DNA of 64,000 nt from Spirochaetaceae bacterium (GTDB lineage Bacteria; Spirochaetota; Spirochaetia; DSM-2461): contig OZ245056.1 in NCBI GenBank assembly GCA_965224705.1, forward strand, positions 1,184,001 to 1,248,000, in the 5' to 3' direction. Each line of letters starts with the position of its first letter. The first letter of the stretch is position 1. The notes beneath the pieces were generated by a model that was not told the origin of the DNA, searched no databases, and worked only from the letters and a program-made list of their open reading frames with translations. Of the stretch, positions 9,177-18,912 are shown piece after piece. The translations under genes were made by a program, and so were the position numbers.

Positions 9177-9959
9177 TTACTCTACAGGAATATATCCTGC
9201 TACTAATGTGACATCTTGACCGAAAGAGCCGCCAATATAGTTGGAAAATATCAGTATTCTGTTATGAGTAATTATTTCTTCAGTGATAGATTCATGCAGA
9301 AACAGATGGATAGTTATCTCATTCTGTATTGCGGTTATTCTTCTTTCATACTCGCTCGAAAAATCACCGAATTTTCTCAGTAATGCCCATTCCTTCATGT
9401 GATTGATTTCAGCCTCATCTGCAATAGTTAGACTATGCACATCTATGGTTACTATCGAAGATGACGGCCAGCCTGGCATGTATACATGGCTAGGTTCAGT
9501 CTCCTGGTGATTCAGAAAGAAAGCTATGTCTGGGAAAAGTAGCTTCGGAGAGTAACGTTGGATCATATCCAGGTCTTTACCATTGAACGTTATGACCGAT
9601 CCATCAGTAAAATGATATTCAAACTGAACCGGTACCTCTCCGTCGTATACCTCAACAAGCCCCAATATGCCCCATTTCTCGCCATACTCTTCGGAAAACT
9701 GAGAATCATGTTTCCAGATCTGTTTGCTTGAATTGTAATAATTTATCTGCCTTATTCTTCCGTATTCATTGATGTGTTCGTCTTTAAACACATATTCAGA
9801 TCTAACTAGTTCCGAGTCCTCGTAGAACCAGTCAATATATTCAAATGTGTCACCGTCTTTAGTCCCAGGTTCAAAAGTCTCTCGTTTAGTTGTCTCTTCT
9901 GTATGACCGAAGACAACCGATAAAAGGAGCATCAACATAGCAAACACATTTTTTTTCAT
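9177..9959 (-). CDS. Secreted hypothetical protein; integron cassette 2
   Basis: Signal peptide MKKNVFAMLMLLLSVVFG; GGAGA RBS; bounded by attC sites. Confidence 0.7.
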   Translation of the reverse strand: MKKNVFAMLMLLLSVVFGHTEETTKRETFEPGTKDGDTFEYIDWFYEDSELVRSEYVFKDEHINEYGRIRQINYYNSSKQIWKHDSQFSEEYGEKWGILGLVEVYDGEVPVQFEYHFTDGSVITFNGKDLDMIQRYSPKLLFPDIAFFLNHQETEPSHVYMPGWPSSSIVTIDVHSLTIADEAEINHMKEWALLRKFGDFSSEYERRITAIQNEITIHLFLHESITEEIITHNRILIFSNYIGGSFGQDVTLVAGYIPVE

Positions 9960-10031
9960 AAAGTAGACAAATCTCCGATATTGATAGATTCTTTTTGGCT
10001 CTATGTCTTTAAGAGACAATCGATCAAGTTC

Positions 10032-10122
10032 ATTAAACGTTCCGACAATATGTGAAGTCTAGCACGAAGTGGTAGATTTGGCGAAGCCCGAAGCGAAGCG
10101 GAGCATATATTGTCTGTTATAG
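10032..10122 (-). other. attC recombination site
   Basis: Minus strand: TCCTATAAC-AGACAATATATG ... CACATATTGTC-GGAAC-GTTTAATG, an imperfect palindrome. Confidence 0.75.
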
Positions 10123-10138
10123 GATGTATTTGGAGTGG

Positions 10139-10570
10139 TTAGAAGATACTTCTTTGCCAGGTCCCCTCATTTATTTTTTGATTTGATACACCTTTTGAAA
10201 ATCCATTTTGATCAAAGTGTAACTCTATAATAGGATATTTTCCATAATAAGTGTCTTGTCCTGCTTCAAACCTTAAATAAAAATATGGAGCGTCACTAGC
10301 TGAAGCATAGGTACCATCCCATAGTAATGAAAGTGTATGGTAGTGAATTGATGAAATCCTCTTTATTATAGCATCGGGAACTGTTATTAGTTTATGGGGT
10401 AAAGATATTAAAATAGACTGGATTTCATTCTGACTAAAGGATATTTTTATTTCCTCTCCTGTAGAGTATGAAATCGTAATATCCCTTGGATCTTCAAATC
10501 TATCCTTATGCGCACGTACAGGACTGATTATCAGAACAAAGAAAATCAAAAAATAAAGATTTCTATTCAA
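10139..10570 (-). CDS. Secreted hypothetical protein; integron cassette 1
   Basis: TTG start with GGAGGG RBS; signal peptide ending VRA-H; preceded by GTTATAGGA (10601-10593). Confidence 0.7.
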   Translation of the reverse strand: MNRNLYFLIFFVLIISPVRAHKDRFEDPRDITISYSTGEEIKISFSQNEIQSILISLPHKLITVPDAIIKRISSIHYHTLSLLWDGTYASASDAPYFYLRFEAGQDTYYGKYPIIELHFDQNGFSKGVSNQKINEGTWQRSIF

Positions 10571-10724
10571 TAGAGATATCCCTCCAAATATTTCCTATAA
10601 CTAAATCTTATCTCCACGAATTTCATACACTTAACCCCTCGTCCTGAGGCTGATCAGCAACACTTCTACAACCGAAGAACCAGAGGCTCCGCTGCTTGCT
10701 TCTCGAAATTCCTCTAGCGTTTAA

Positions 10725-10900
10725 CACATGTCCAGGATACCACAAAACATAACCCGTGTCAAACCCCCATCAGTGAATGGGACGTTCATCATTGCAATCC
10801 GTAAGACACACCTCGTCATACTTAATCGCCCACCAAAACCGCTCCATATACACCTTACCTATGGCCCGGCCTTTACCGCTCCCATGCTTAAGATTTTTTC
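10725..10900 (-). mobile_element. Degenerate IS3-family integrase-core remnant
   Basis: Translates as GKGRAIGKVYMERFWWAIKYDEVCL, matching the IS3-type GKGRAxDNxxxERFWRSxKYE motif. Confidence 0.65.
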
Positions 10901-11060
10901 TTAAAGTTGCCCTGGAACTCTTTGATCGGCGTTGAAAATTTCAGGAAACCCGTTAAGACATAAGTCTCTCTGTACTACGCCGATGCAGAACGATTTAACC
11001 AGCGAAGAGGAAAGTTATCAGAAAAGGAGTTTGCGGGAGTACCTGTCAATGACCATCGCT

Positions 11061-11117
11061 AGGAGTCTGTCGGACTTACGCTTCACACCTCAAAGTCTCA
11101 GCGCCCGACAGATTCCC
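11061..11117. mobile_element. MITE copy C (collapsed)
   Basis: AGGAGTCTGTCGGACTT ... CCCGACAGATTCC. Confidence 0.7.
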
Positions 11118-11590
11118 CCACCCTTCTGCGCCGTTCAAACCCTACAATGCCAATCGACAATCCTGCCGCAATCCATAGCAGCCATGGCGTGTCCAGCGGA
11201 AACAGGGAGGCCGCAGCGGCACTCAGCATGTAGCCAAATGGGACAACGGCAACGGCTGCGGATTCAAGCAGGCCCTGCCTGCCTGCCGCCCTTTCTTCGT
11301 TCCCTTTCCAGTAGACAAGATGAACCGTAACAAGATGAATCCAGCCCTGGCAGGCACCGGCGACGACGAGGAACAAAAGGAGCATGGACAGAGAGGGCAG
11401 CCTGCCGCTGTCAAACCGGATTGCTCCTGCGGCAATGCAGACAGCGGCGAATACAAGGGCGGCAGCTTGTGTTGATCTGTTCCCAACCCTAACGGCCAGT
11501 CCGCTCAGACCCAGAACCATACCGGAAAGAATACTTCCTCCCAGAAGAGCGGCAAGGCCATAACCGATAAACTGTGCGCTTAGACCCAGG
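11114..11590 (-). pseudogene. Duplicated 3' end (477 bp) of the MFS gene at 29106-30311
   Basis: Colinear with 29110-29586 (offset 17996), with scattered substitutions. Confidence 0.92.
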
Positions 11591-11592
11591 TC

Positions 11593-11812
11593 TAATGATC
11601 ATGAACGATTGCGCGATGATCCACTGCTTCAATATATATGCGGGCGGGATGATAAAACCCCAACTGCCAGGAAGAGCACCCTGAACAGATTGGAACTCGG
11701 TCATGAACTGGATGAGAAACTCAAGACCCGGTACGGCAAAATCACCTGGGATGCCAGGGGGATTGAAGAGTTTCTCTGTCAACTGTTTCCTGACAGTTTC
11801 GGGGAGCCATGA
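11593..11812 (+). mobile_element. IS1380-family transposase fragment
   Basis: NDHERLRDDPLLQYICGR...KSTLNRLE; homologous to fragments at 34.4-34.7 kb and 41.2-41.3 kb. Confidence 0.75.
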
Positions 11813-11884
11813 AACTTATGGACCGGTTGAGGGAATATATTCCTTCCAAGTACAGATTACTCACTAAAGAATGATTTGAAACTA

Positions 11885-11915
11885 TTGACAGCGTGTATCC
11901 ATTTAGATACATTTT
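11885..11915 (+). promoter_or_regulatory. Toxin-antitoxin promoter with operator palindrome
   Basis: TTGACA at 11885 followed by the palindrome TGTATCCATTTAGATACA. Confidence 0.55.
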
Positions 11916-11918
11916 AAC

Positions 11919-12014
11919 ATGTTTCTTGTTGAAAAGCCTCCACAATTTGATAAATGGCTGAGAAATCTTAAAGATACAAAAACCAAAGATATTCTGGATT
12001 CACTGGAGATCTAA
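11919..12014 (+). pseudogene. Addiction-module killer (RelE/HigB-like) toxin, internally deleted to 31 aa
   Basis: MFLVEKPPQFDKWLRNLKDTKTKDILDSLEI*; FDKWL..LKD is the typical N-terminus of this toxin family. Confidence 0.7.
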
Positions 12015-12016
12015 GT

Positions 12017-12313
12017 ATGAATGAAATAACACGTTTTGATGTATCAGACTATCTGGACAATGATGAACTGATTGCCGAGTACCTGAGCAATATCCTTGAA
12101 GAAGGAGACACGGGCCTGCTGCTGGAAGCTATTGGTGATGTGGCAAAAGCCCGGGGCATGACGAAAATAGCCGAAAGTGCCGGACTGGGAAGGGAAAGCC
12201 TGTATAAAGCCTTTTCCAAAGACGCGAAACCCCGGTTTGAAACGATATTTAAAGTCTTGCAATCTCTGGGAATTACGATTCATTTTCAGACTAAGAGTAA
12301 GGCGGTTGTGTAA
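12017..12313 (+). CDS. Addiction-module antidote (HTH, HigA-like)
   Basis: FDVSDYLD...IGDVAKARGMTKIAESAGLGRESLYKA...PRFETIFKVL. Confidence 0.9.
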   Translation: MNEITRFDVSDYLDNDELIAEYLSNILEEGDTGLLLEAIGDVAKARGMTKIAESAGLGRESLYKAFSKDAKPRFETIFKVLQSLGITIHFQTKSKAVV

Positions 12314-12415
12314 ATCTGACAGCTCCGACCCTTTTACCCCTGGAGATTCGTGTATTGAGAAAGTACTTGAATAGTATATAATTGCAATGCGTATTAATCA
12401 GTTAGGAGAGACTGT

Positions 12416-13780
12416 ATGCTGGAAGTAAAAACAGATAAAGAAAGAATCTCGTTAACCCCCGTCAGACGGGATAAGGAAGAAAACTCATTAACCTTCGACC
12501 TCCAGGATAGCAGTAACAAAATATGGATGACAGTAGAACGCGCTGATAATCAGTTAATAATAAAAGAAAAAGATGAGGATATAATAGAATCCAAGCAGTC
12601 CCTTGAAGTCAAGCTGAACAACCTTTTTCTTTCCATGATTGAAGCTGAACAATCAGGAACTGAATTGACAGAAACCGAGGATGAAAACAACAATCCCTTT
12701 GATCCGGAATCTATAAATGTTAATGCTAAAGCATTCAACCTTACTCTTATTTATGAAATGATAAAAGATGGTGATATTGATTTGTTCCCCGATTTTCAGC
12801 GAAATCTGGTTTGGAACAGCATTCAAAAATCCAGGCTTATTGAATCAATTCTTCTCCGTATCCCCCTTCCCATGTTCTATTTTTCTGAAGATATGGAAGG
12901 ACGCATTACAATTATTGATGGCTTACAGCGATTAACAACTATTAAAGACTTTATGGATAACCAATTCCCACTGACCAAGCTTGAGTACCTTCAAGAGACC
13001 TGTGGAGGGCGTTATTTTTTCGATGATGGTAAGAAAAAAGGAATAGACGCAAAATACCTTAGATGGTTCAAACAGACTCAGTTTTCAGTGAATGTCATTG
13101 CCCCATCCTCTCCTTACAATGTGAAATATGATATTTTCAGGCGTATCAATACGGGAGGCAAACCTTTAAACAACAAGGAAATCAGGAATTGCCTTGCAAG
13201 CTCTGATCTTCGAAATCTTCTTAAAGAAATGGCTCAAAGCGAATCATTTTTATCTGCTACTGACAATGGGATTAAATCTGTCAGAATGGAAGACCAGGAC
13301 GTGGCACTCAGGTTTCTTCTGTTCTATAGACTAAAAGAGAAGAATGGTGATATTCAGCAATACGATGGCAGTATGAATTCCTCCCTGGATGCTTTGACAG
13401 AAGAGATGCGAAGAATAAGTAAAGAGGAGAAAGAAAAATACTTGAACTTGTACACAAGCGCAATGATGAATTCAGAGTATCTTTTTGGGAGCAAGTACGC
13501 ATTCAGAAAAATTAAGAAACATAACTTACAACCTAATGCGAGAAGACTTCTGATAAACAAAGCTCTTTTTGTTTGCTGGTCTATTCTACTCGCAGATTAC
13601 AGTCCAGAAAGGGTGAAACAGTGCAATCAGCCGAAAGCTCTTGTACGGCCTCTTGCTGAGAAAATAGAAGAAGATGAAGAATTGCATTACTACTTATCTT
13701 ATGGCACAAACGGGAGAGCCAACCTTCTCCACACACTGAAATACTGTGAACAGATTATTAAAGACAACCTGGAGGTATAG
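12416..13780 (+). CDS. DUF262 (ParB-like) protein; Menshen NsnA-like
   Basis: PDFQRNLVW...SRLIESILLRIPLPMFY...IIDGLQRLTT...IFRRINTGG. Confidence 0.85.
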   Translation: MLEVKTDKERISLTPVRRDKEENSLTFDLQDSSNKIWMTVERADNQLIIKEKDEDIIESKQSLEVKLNNLFLSMIEAEQSGTELTETEDENNNPFDPESINVNAKAFNLTLIYEMIKDGDIDLFPDFQRNLVWNSIQKSRLIESILLRIPLPMFYFSEDMEGRITIIDGLQRLTTIKDFMDNQFPLTKLEYLQETCGGRYFFDDGKKKGIDAKYLRWFKQTQFSVNVIAPSSPYNVKYDIFRRINTGGKPLNNKEIRNCLASSDLRNLLKEMAQSESFLSATDNGIKSVRMEDQDVALRFLLFYRLKEKNGDIQQYDGSMNSSLDALTEEMRRISKEEKEKYLNLYTSAMMNSEYLFGSKYAFRKIKKHNLQPNARRLLINKALFVCWSILLADYSPERVKQCNQPKALVRPLAEKIEEDEELHYYLSYGTNGRANLLHTLKYCEQIIKDNLEV

Positions 13781-14926
13781 ATGGAACAGTTAAATATCAA
13801 AAATTTTAAATGCTTTAATGATATTGCAATTGACTTGAATAAGCTGACAGTACTTGCGGGAGCCAACAGCCGGGGAAAAAGCACCTCAATTCAGGCTTTT
13901 CTTTTCCTGCGTAGAACAATAGAACATTGCGGTGAGTGGAATAAAGACTCAATGTGTTACTGCCTGTCAAATCAGCATTTTAACAATTTAAATGTAGAGC
14001 TGAATAAAAACTACTGCCTCTCTCTTGGAACAAGTTCTTCAATAATCCCCTTTGATTCTTCCTCTGCGGGAATTGAAATTGGTATTAAAGATAAAAGCGG
14101 AACATTCAGCATTTATTATGATGCAGGAGAACAGGATTCACTCTATCTCACGCCAGAAAAGATTAAAAACATGAGTTCTGATAATACCATGTCAATATTC
14201 AAGCAGCAGTTCTATTATCTTAACGCTGAAAGAATCGGTCCACGTATGCAGCAGGAAATTAGGTTCTATGACTACCCCAACACAGGGTATCAGGGAGAAT
14301 ATACAGCCCAACTCCTAGGAGATACGGAACTTACCTACCGATTTAATGTTGATGAGCAGCGGATGTCACCTGATTCCAGATCAGCAAAACTGGAGCAGCA
14401 AGTCAATGCCTGGATGGACTATATTTTCCCCGGTACATCTATTTATGCGGAATATAATCCAAAAACTCTTACAGCTCAAATTATGATAGGCGAGAACTCG
14501 GAAAGGACTCAGGCCCCCAATATGGGATTTGGTATCAGCTATGTGCTTCCCATCATTGCCAGCGGCTTGATTGCTCAAAAAGATGCATACATGGTTATAG
14601 AAAACCCGGAAGCCCATCTTCACCCATCAGCTCAGTCCAGAATAGGAAGCTTCCTTGCGATAGTTGCCAATTCCGGAGTCAAAGTCATAATTGAAACGCA
14701 TAGTGATCATGTCCTGAATGGTTTCCAGCTTGCAGTGTTGAAGAAACAGATTGCCTCAAAAGATATAACCATAAACTATTTTTCCGATAGAGAGTCTGAT
14801 CGTCAGCCCCATGTAGAACCTATTGCAATCAGTGAAACGGGGGAGCTGTCCAGTTGGCCGAAAGGGTTTTTCGATCAAAGCCAGCGAGATATGGCCGAAT
14901 TATTCAGGCTGCGGAAAAATGTGTAA
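13781..14926 (+). CDS. ABC-type AAA ATPase with DUF3696-like C-terminus; Menshen NsnB-like
   Basis: Walker A GANSRGKST, MGFGISYVLP, IENPEAHLHP, IETHSDH and C-terminal WPKGFFDQ. Confidence 0.85.
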   Translation: MEQLNIKNFKCFNDIAIDLNKLTVLAGANSRGKSTSIQAFLFLRRTIEHCGEWNKDSMCYCLSNQHFNNLNVELNKNYCLSLGTSSSIIPFDSSSAGIEIGIKDKSGTFSIYYDAGEQDSLYLTPEKIKNMSSDNTMSIFKQQFYYLNAERIGPRMQQEIRFYDYPNTGYQGEYTAQLLGDTELTYRFNVDEQRMSPDSRSAKLEQQVNAWMDYIFPGTSIYAEYNPKTLTAQIMIGENSERTQAPNMGFGISYVLPIIASGLIAQKDAYMVIENPEAHLHPSAQSRIGSFLAIVANSGVKVIIETHSDHVLNGFQLAVLKKQIASKDITINYFSDRESDRQPHVEPIAISETGELSSWPKGFFDQSQRDMAELFRLRKNV

Positions 14927-15698
14927 GTTCTTTCTACTTAACGAAGCAGTTGATCTCCCCGAATTTGATGATTTTTTATGTGGAATGATGGAACTGAATG
15001 CCATTGAAAGAGATGGATATGGATTCTACAAACATGATTCAATCTATAGCATTGATAACTATTCAAGGCTATTTGAGAATTATTCTCAAGATACACAGCT
15101 TGTCAGTCTGTTTATTGAGCAACTAATTCATTGTGATACTTATCTGAAGGATGAACAAACAGCAGATGAATTTTGGAAAACTGATAATGCGTTTCTTGGT
15201 ATTGATTTTTCAAAAACAAGTATTTCTGAGCACAAGCAAGTAACAGATAATGATAGTTTTCATGACTTTATTTCTACTCTTCTCTTTAACTGTGATTTCA
15301 GGGGTTTCTGGAAGAGGAAAAAAGAATTACTCCCGGATCTGATTTTCTGTGATTCCGTCAAGCAAAGTATCCAGAAGGCCGGAAATTCTTCTCATTTCAA
15401 TCAGATTTTAACGAAACTCAAAATCTTAAATGATATTGCCCGAAACTGGCAGAAAGGGAAATTCAGTTATCATAGAGCCAATCAGAACCACGGCATAAAT
15501 ATTTCACCAGAAACTCCTAATACCATGGCTAAATATGGAACTCAAAGAACCTTCCAATTGCCGGAAGGCGGTAGTCAGGAATTTAACTTGCATGTCAAGA
15601 CTGGTGGTTTAAGATTTCATTTTTACCCGAATGAACAGAACAGAAAAATCTATATTGGGTACATTGGACCTCATTTGAGGACAGTGAAGTATAAATAG
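14919..15698 (+). CDS. Third gene of the Menshen-like triad; C-terminal RelE-like nuclease candidate
   Basis: ATG overlaps the ATPase stop. C-terminus HVKTGGLRFHFYP...KIYIGYIGPHL. Confidence 0.65.
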   Translation: MCKFFLLNEAVDLPEFDDFLCGMMELNAIERDGYGFYKHDSIYSIDNYSRLFENYSQDTQLVSLFIEQLIHCDTYLKDEQTADEFWKTDNAFLGIDFSKTSISEHKQVTDNDSFHDFISTLLFNCDFRGFWKRKKELLPDLIFCDSVKQSIQKAGNSSHFNQILTKLKILNDIARNWQKGKFSYHRANQNHGINISPETPNTMAKYGTQRTFQLPEGGSQEFNLHVKTGGLRFHFYPNEQNRKIYIGYIGPHLRTVKYK

Positions 15699-15712
15699 TA
15701 AGGAAGAGAAGA

Positions 15713-16009
15713 ATGCCCAAACCCCGCTTAGAACTCACCTGGATAGGCAAGGAAAACCGCCCCAGCCTGGAACCAAGAATCCTGATAGAAGATTCAGAAA
15801 AATCCAGAGGCAGCCGAAAATCCCCAAACATGCTGATCCACGGCGACAACCTTCTGGCCCTCAAAGCCCTGGAATATTGCAGGCAAGCCACAGAATACAA
15901 CGCCCGGCACAATGAAAAGCCCTGGCGCTACGCCATCATTCCCGGAAACAAGGTCTCCCCTCAAATGAGTTTTGAGGGACTGGTTAAGCAGTTTGGGGAG
16001 GAGGAATGA
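15713..16009 (+). pseudogene. Type III R-M scar: Mod N-terminus fused in frame to Res C-terminus
   Basis: LELTWIGKENRP.LEPRIL...NMLIHGDNLLALKALE (Mod) joined to YCRQATEYN...KPWRYAIIP (Res tail). Confidence 0.75.
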
Positions 16010-17154
16010 TGGAATACATACCTTGCGAAGAATTAGCAAAAGAGTTCGAGGAGCATCTGAGTAAAGAGGACAACCAAAATATTTTATTCTCTGGTAAATT
16101 CGGTTCCGGTAAAACAATTTTTTTAAAAAGATACTTTGATGACCATAATGATAAATATGAAACAATCCATCTCTATCCTGTCAACTACAGCATTTCATCC
16201 AATGAAGATATTTTCAAATTGGTTACAGCAGATATTGCCGGAGAACTGCTCTCCAGGGAGTTTATTAGTACCAATAAAAAATTTCAAGAATCTTTAAAAA
16301 GTGTAATTAAATCAGAAAAATTCTGGGATTTCCTTGAAGCCCTGCCCAAAGTGGGCAAAGTTATAGAGATCGGAAATACAGTCAAAGACATACTGGCAGA
16401 TATTAAGAAGCCGGAAAGCGACATTGACAAAGTCAAAACCTATCTGGATACTATTTCCAGTAATGATCCAGTAAAAGAAATAATTACTCAAGCCCTCAGT
16501 AGTATTTGTAACAAAAAAAAGATTTTAGTTATTGACGATCTGGACAGAATAGATCCAGAGCATCTTTTCAGAATTCTCAATGTTTTAACCGCATACTGCG
16601 ATAGTAATATCGGACTAGGCTTTGACAAAATAATCCTTGTTTGTGATATTGAGAATGTCAGAACGATTTTTCATCATCGTTATGGTCCGGAAGCTGATTT
16701 TTATGGGTACATATCCAAGTTTTACAGCAAGGGATTTTTTAGATTTTCTCTTGTTGATCGGATTATAGGCCCTATTAGACAGGTCATTGTGAACTGTCTC
16801 TCCAATGTGTTAGGTCCCGGCTACAACATTAACTCCCTTTTAGACTTCCCTGACTTTATATTCCAGCCGGGGATTGTATCCATGCTTGACATACATTTAT
16901 TCACCCAAAATGACTTGTCATATATCTTGCATACAAGACTTGAACCATTTTATAACGATAATGTAGCAGTTGACAAATTTATTGTCATAAATGCAGCTTA
17001 TATCTATGCTTTATTTCAATACGACAAAGGTAAGGCATTCTTAGCTATCGAGGAATACGGTCAATCCTCAAAATCAAGATTACCACGCGAGTCATCAGTA
17101 ATCTTTGACCGGTTACTGATTGGCCATGCTCTTGGCCGCTTGGTACAGGATCGA
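16006..17154 (+). pseudogene. KAP-family P-loop NTPase copy 1, truncated by an IS
   Basis: GKFGSGKT and LVIDDLDRIDP motifs. Homology to copy 2 stops at 17154, where the IS begins. Confidence 0.8.
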
Positions 17155-18770
17155 CGCGCTGTGCCAAAGTAGTTGTCACACAAGTTAAGTCAACTTAGGA
17201 GGTGACAACATGCAACGCTACAGTGTTCAATTCAGGAATACTATCTTGCAAAAGATGATCGGCCCGGAGAAACGGAAGGCCGCTGATCTCTCAGAGGAAT
17301 TCGGGGTTTCTGCAGCCACAATCTATGGGTGGAAATCAAAGCTAAAAGACGGTACCCTTTTAGTTATGGGAAATGAATCAACGAGTCATGAGAGAATACC
17401 GTCGGAGAAGCTAATGCTTCTACTCGAGTCAAAGGGAATTAGTGGAGCAGAAATGGGTGAATGGCTTCGCCGAAATGGTCTGCACTCTGAACATCTTGAG
17501 CTATGGGAACAAGAGCTCCGGGCCCTTGTTGATCAGAAAGGTGGGGATAAGTCCCGGGAGATGAGGGAGATTCGCAAGGAGCTGAAAAAGAGGGATAAAG
17601 AGCTTAGCCGTAAGGACAAGGCTCTTGCGGAGATGTCAACAATCATAGCACTTCAAAAAAAACATCTCTTCTGTTTCAGGAGGCCGAGGACGAGTGACTC
17701 ATCGTAGTGTGAAGAAACAGATTGTTTCTGATATCAAGGAGGCTGTGGCTTTAGGGGCTCCAATCTACAAATGCTGTGATGCTCTGGGAATTCAAACAAG
17801 GACGTACTACCGGTGGACTCAATGCACCGATGATAAGCGCGCAGGGAAGGCAAGGGGAAATCCCAGAGCCCTAAGCGAACAGGAAAAGGATGCGATCATT
17901 GCTGTGTGCTGCTCGGAAAGGTTTGTGGATACCAATCCTTATGAAATTGTTGCTGCTCTTGCTGAAGAAGCCACTTCCCTTGCAAGTCCCAGAATATTCT
18001 ATCGAGTGTTGAAGGAACGGGGGACTCCTCTCTCACAGGCGGAACTCAAAGCCGCCTGGAAAGTCCTACAGACCACCGAAACTTAAAGCGACCGGCCCGG
18101 ATCAAGTGTGTTTCTGGATATTACATGGATGCCCTCTCAGGTGAATGGTCTATTCTGGTATGCCTATATTGTCATTGACGTTTGGAGCCGTGAGATTATT
18201 GGCTGGACCATCCATGATTCTGAGTCGGAAAAATATGCCAGAGAGTTATTCCTTAGAATTAAAGCGAAACGGGACCTCAAGGGAACCTGGCTCCATGCGG
18301 ATAATGGGAATCCCATGTGGGGAGCGGCCTTTGCCGTTACTCTGGCAAACATGGGTATGTTCCTTTCGCATTCCTGTCCTTTGGTGAAAAATGACAATCC
18401 ATTCATAGAGTCATTCTTCAAGACTCTGAAATACCATGCTGGTTATCCGCAGGGCTTTGCCGCTATTGATGAGGCCAGGAGTTGGACGACATATTTCATC
18501 AACTGGTAGAACACAATTCATAGGCATTCGGGAATAGGCTATGTAACACCGCTACAGCGGCGAACAGGTGCATCATCCAATCTATTCTATTCGCCAAAAA
18601 GGAACCGGACACTTCAGGAGGCATGGAAGAAGCACCCTGAACGTTTCCCGAAAAGGAGTCCTCGAATGTGGAGAGAGCGTATGGTTGTCTACCTGAATCC
18701 TGCACGGGGAACCAGAAAGTTTTTATATAAAAAAGCAGGATGATTGTGACAACTTACTTGACACTAAGCG
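17155..18770 (+). mobile_element. IS3-family element with degenerate transposase (orfA 17210-17707; orfB frameshifted and interrupted by a stop)
   Basis: HTH orfA, A-run slippage site, DDE core (DITW, HADNG, NPFIESFFKTLKY). Imperfect 26-bp IRs CGCGCTGTGCCAAAGTAGTTGTCACA / TGTGACAACTTACTTGACACTAAGCG. Confidence 0.85.
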
Positions 18771-18912
18771 ACATGAAGTCCAAAGGAAATCATACAGATG
18801 CTATTTTTTTAAAACCATTTTTAGAAACTCCAAGTTTTATTGTTTCAGGGATATTATATGCTTCTTTAGGAAAATGATAGACCAGAAAATCGTAAAAACG
18901 GTTTTTGTGGTA

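Noticed and set aside
10600..11110. Integron integrase or island integrase
   Set aside because: No tyrosine-recombinase motifs found; only IS3 and MITE remnants.
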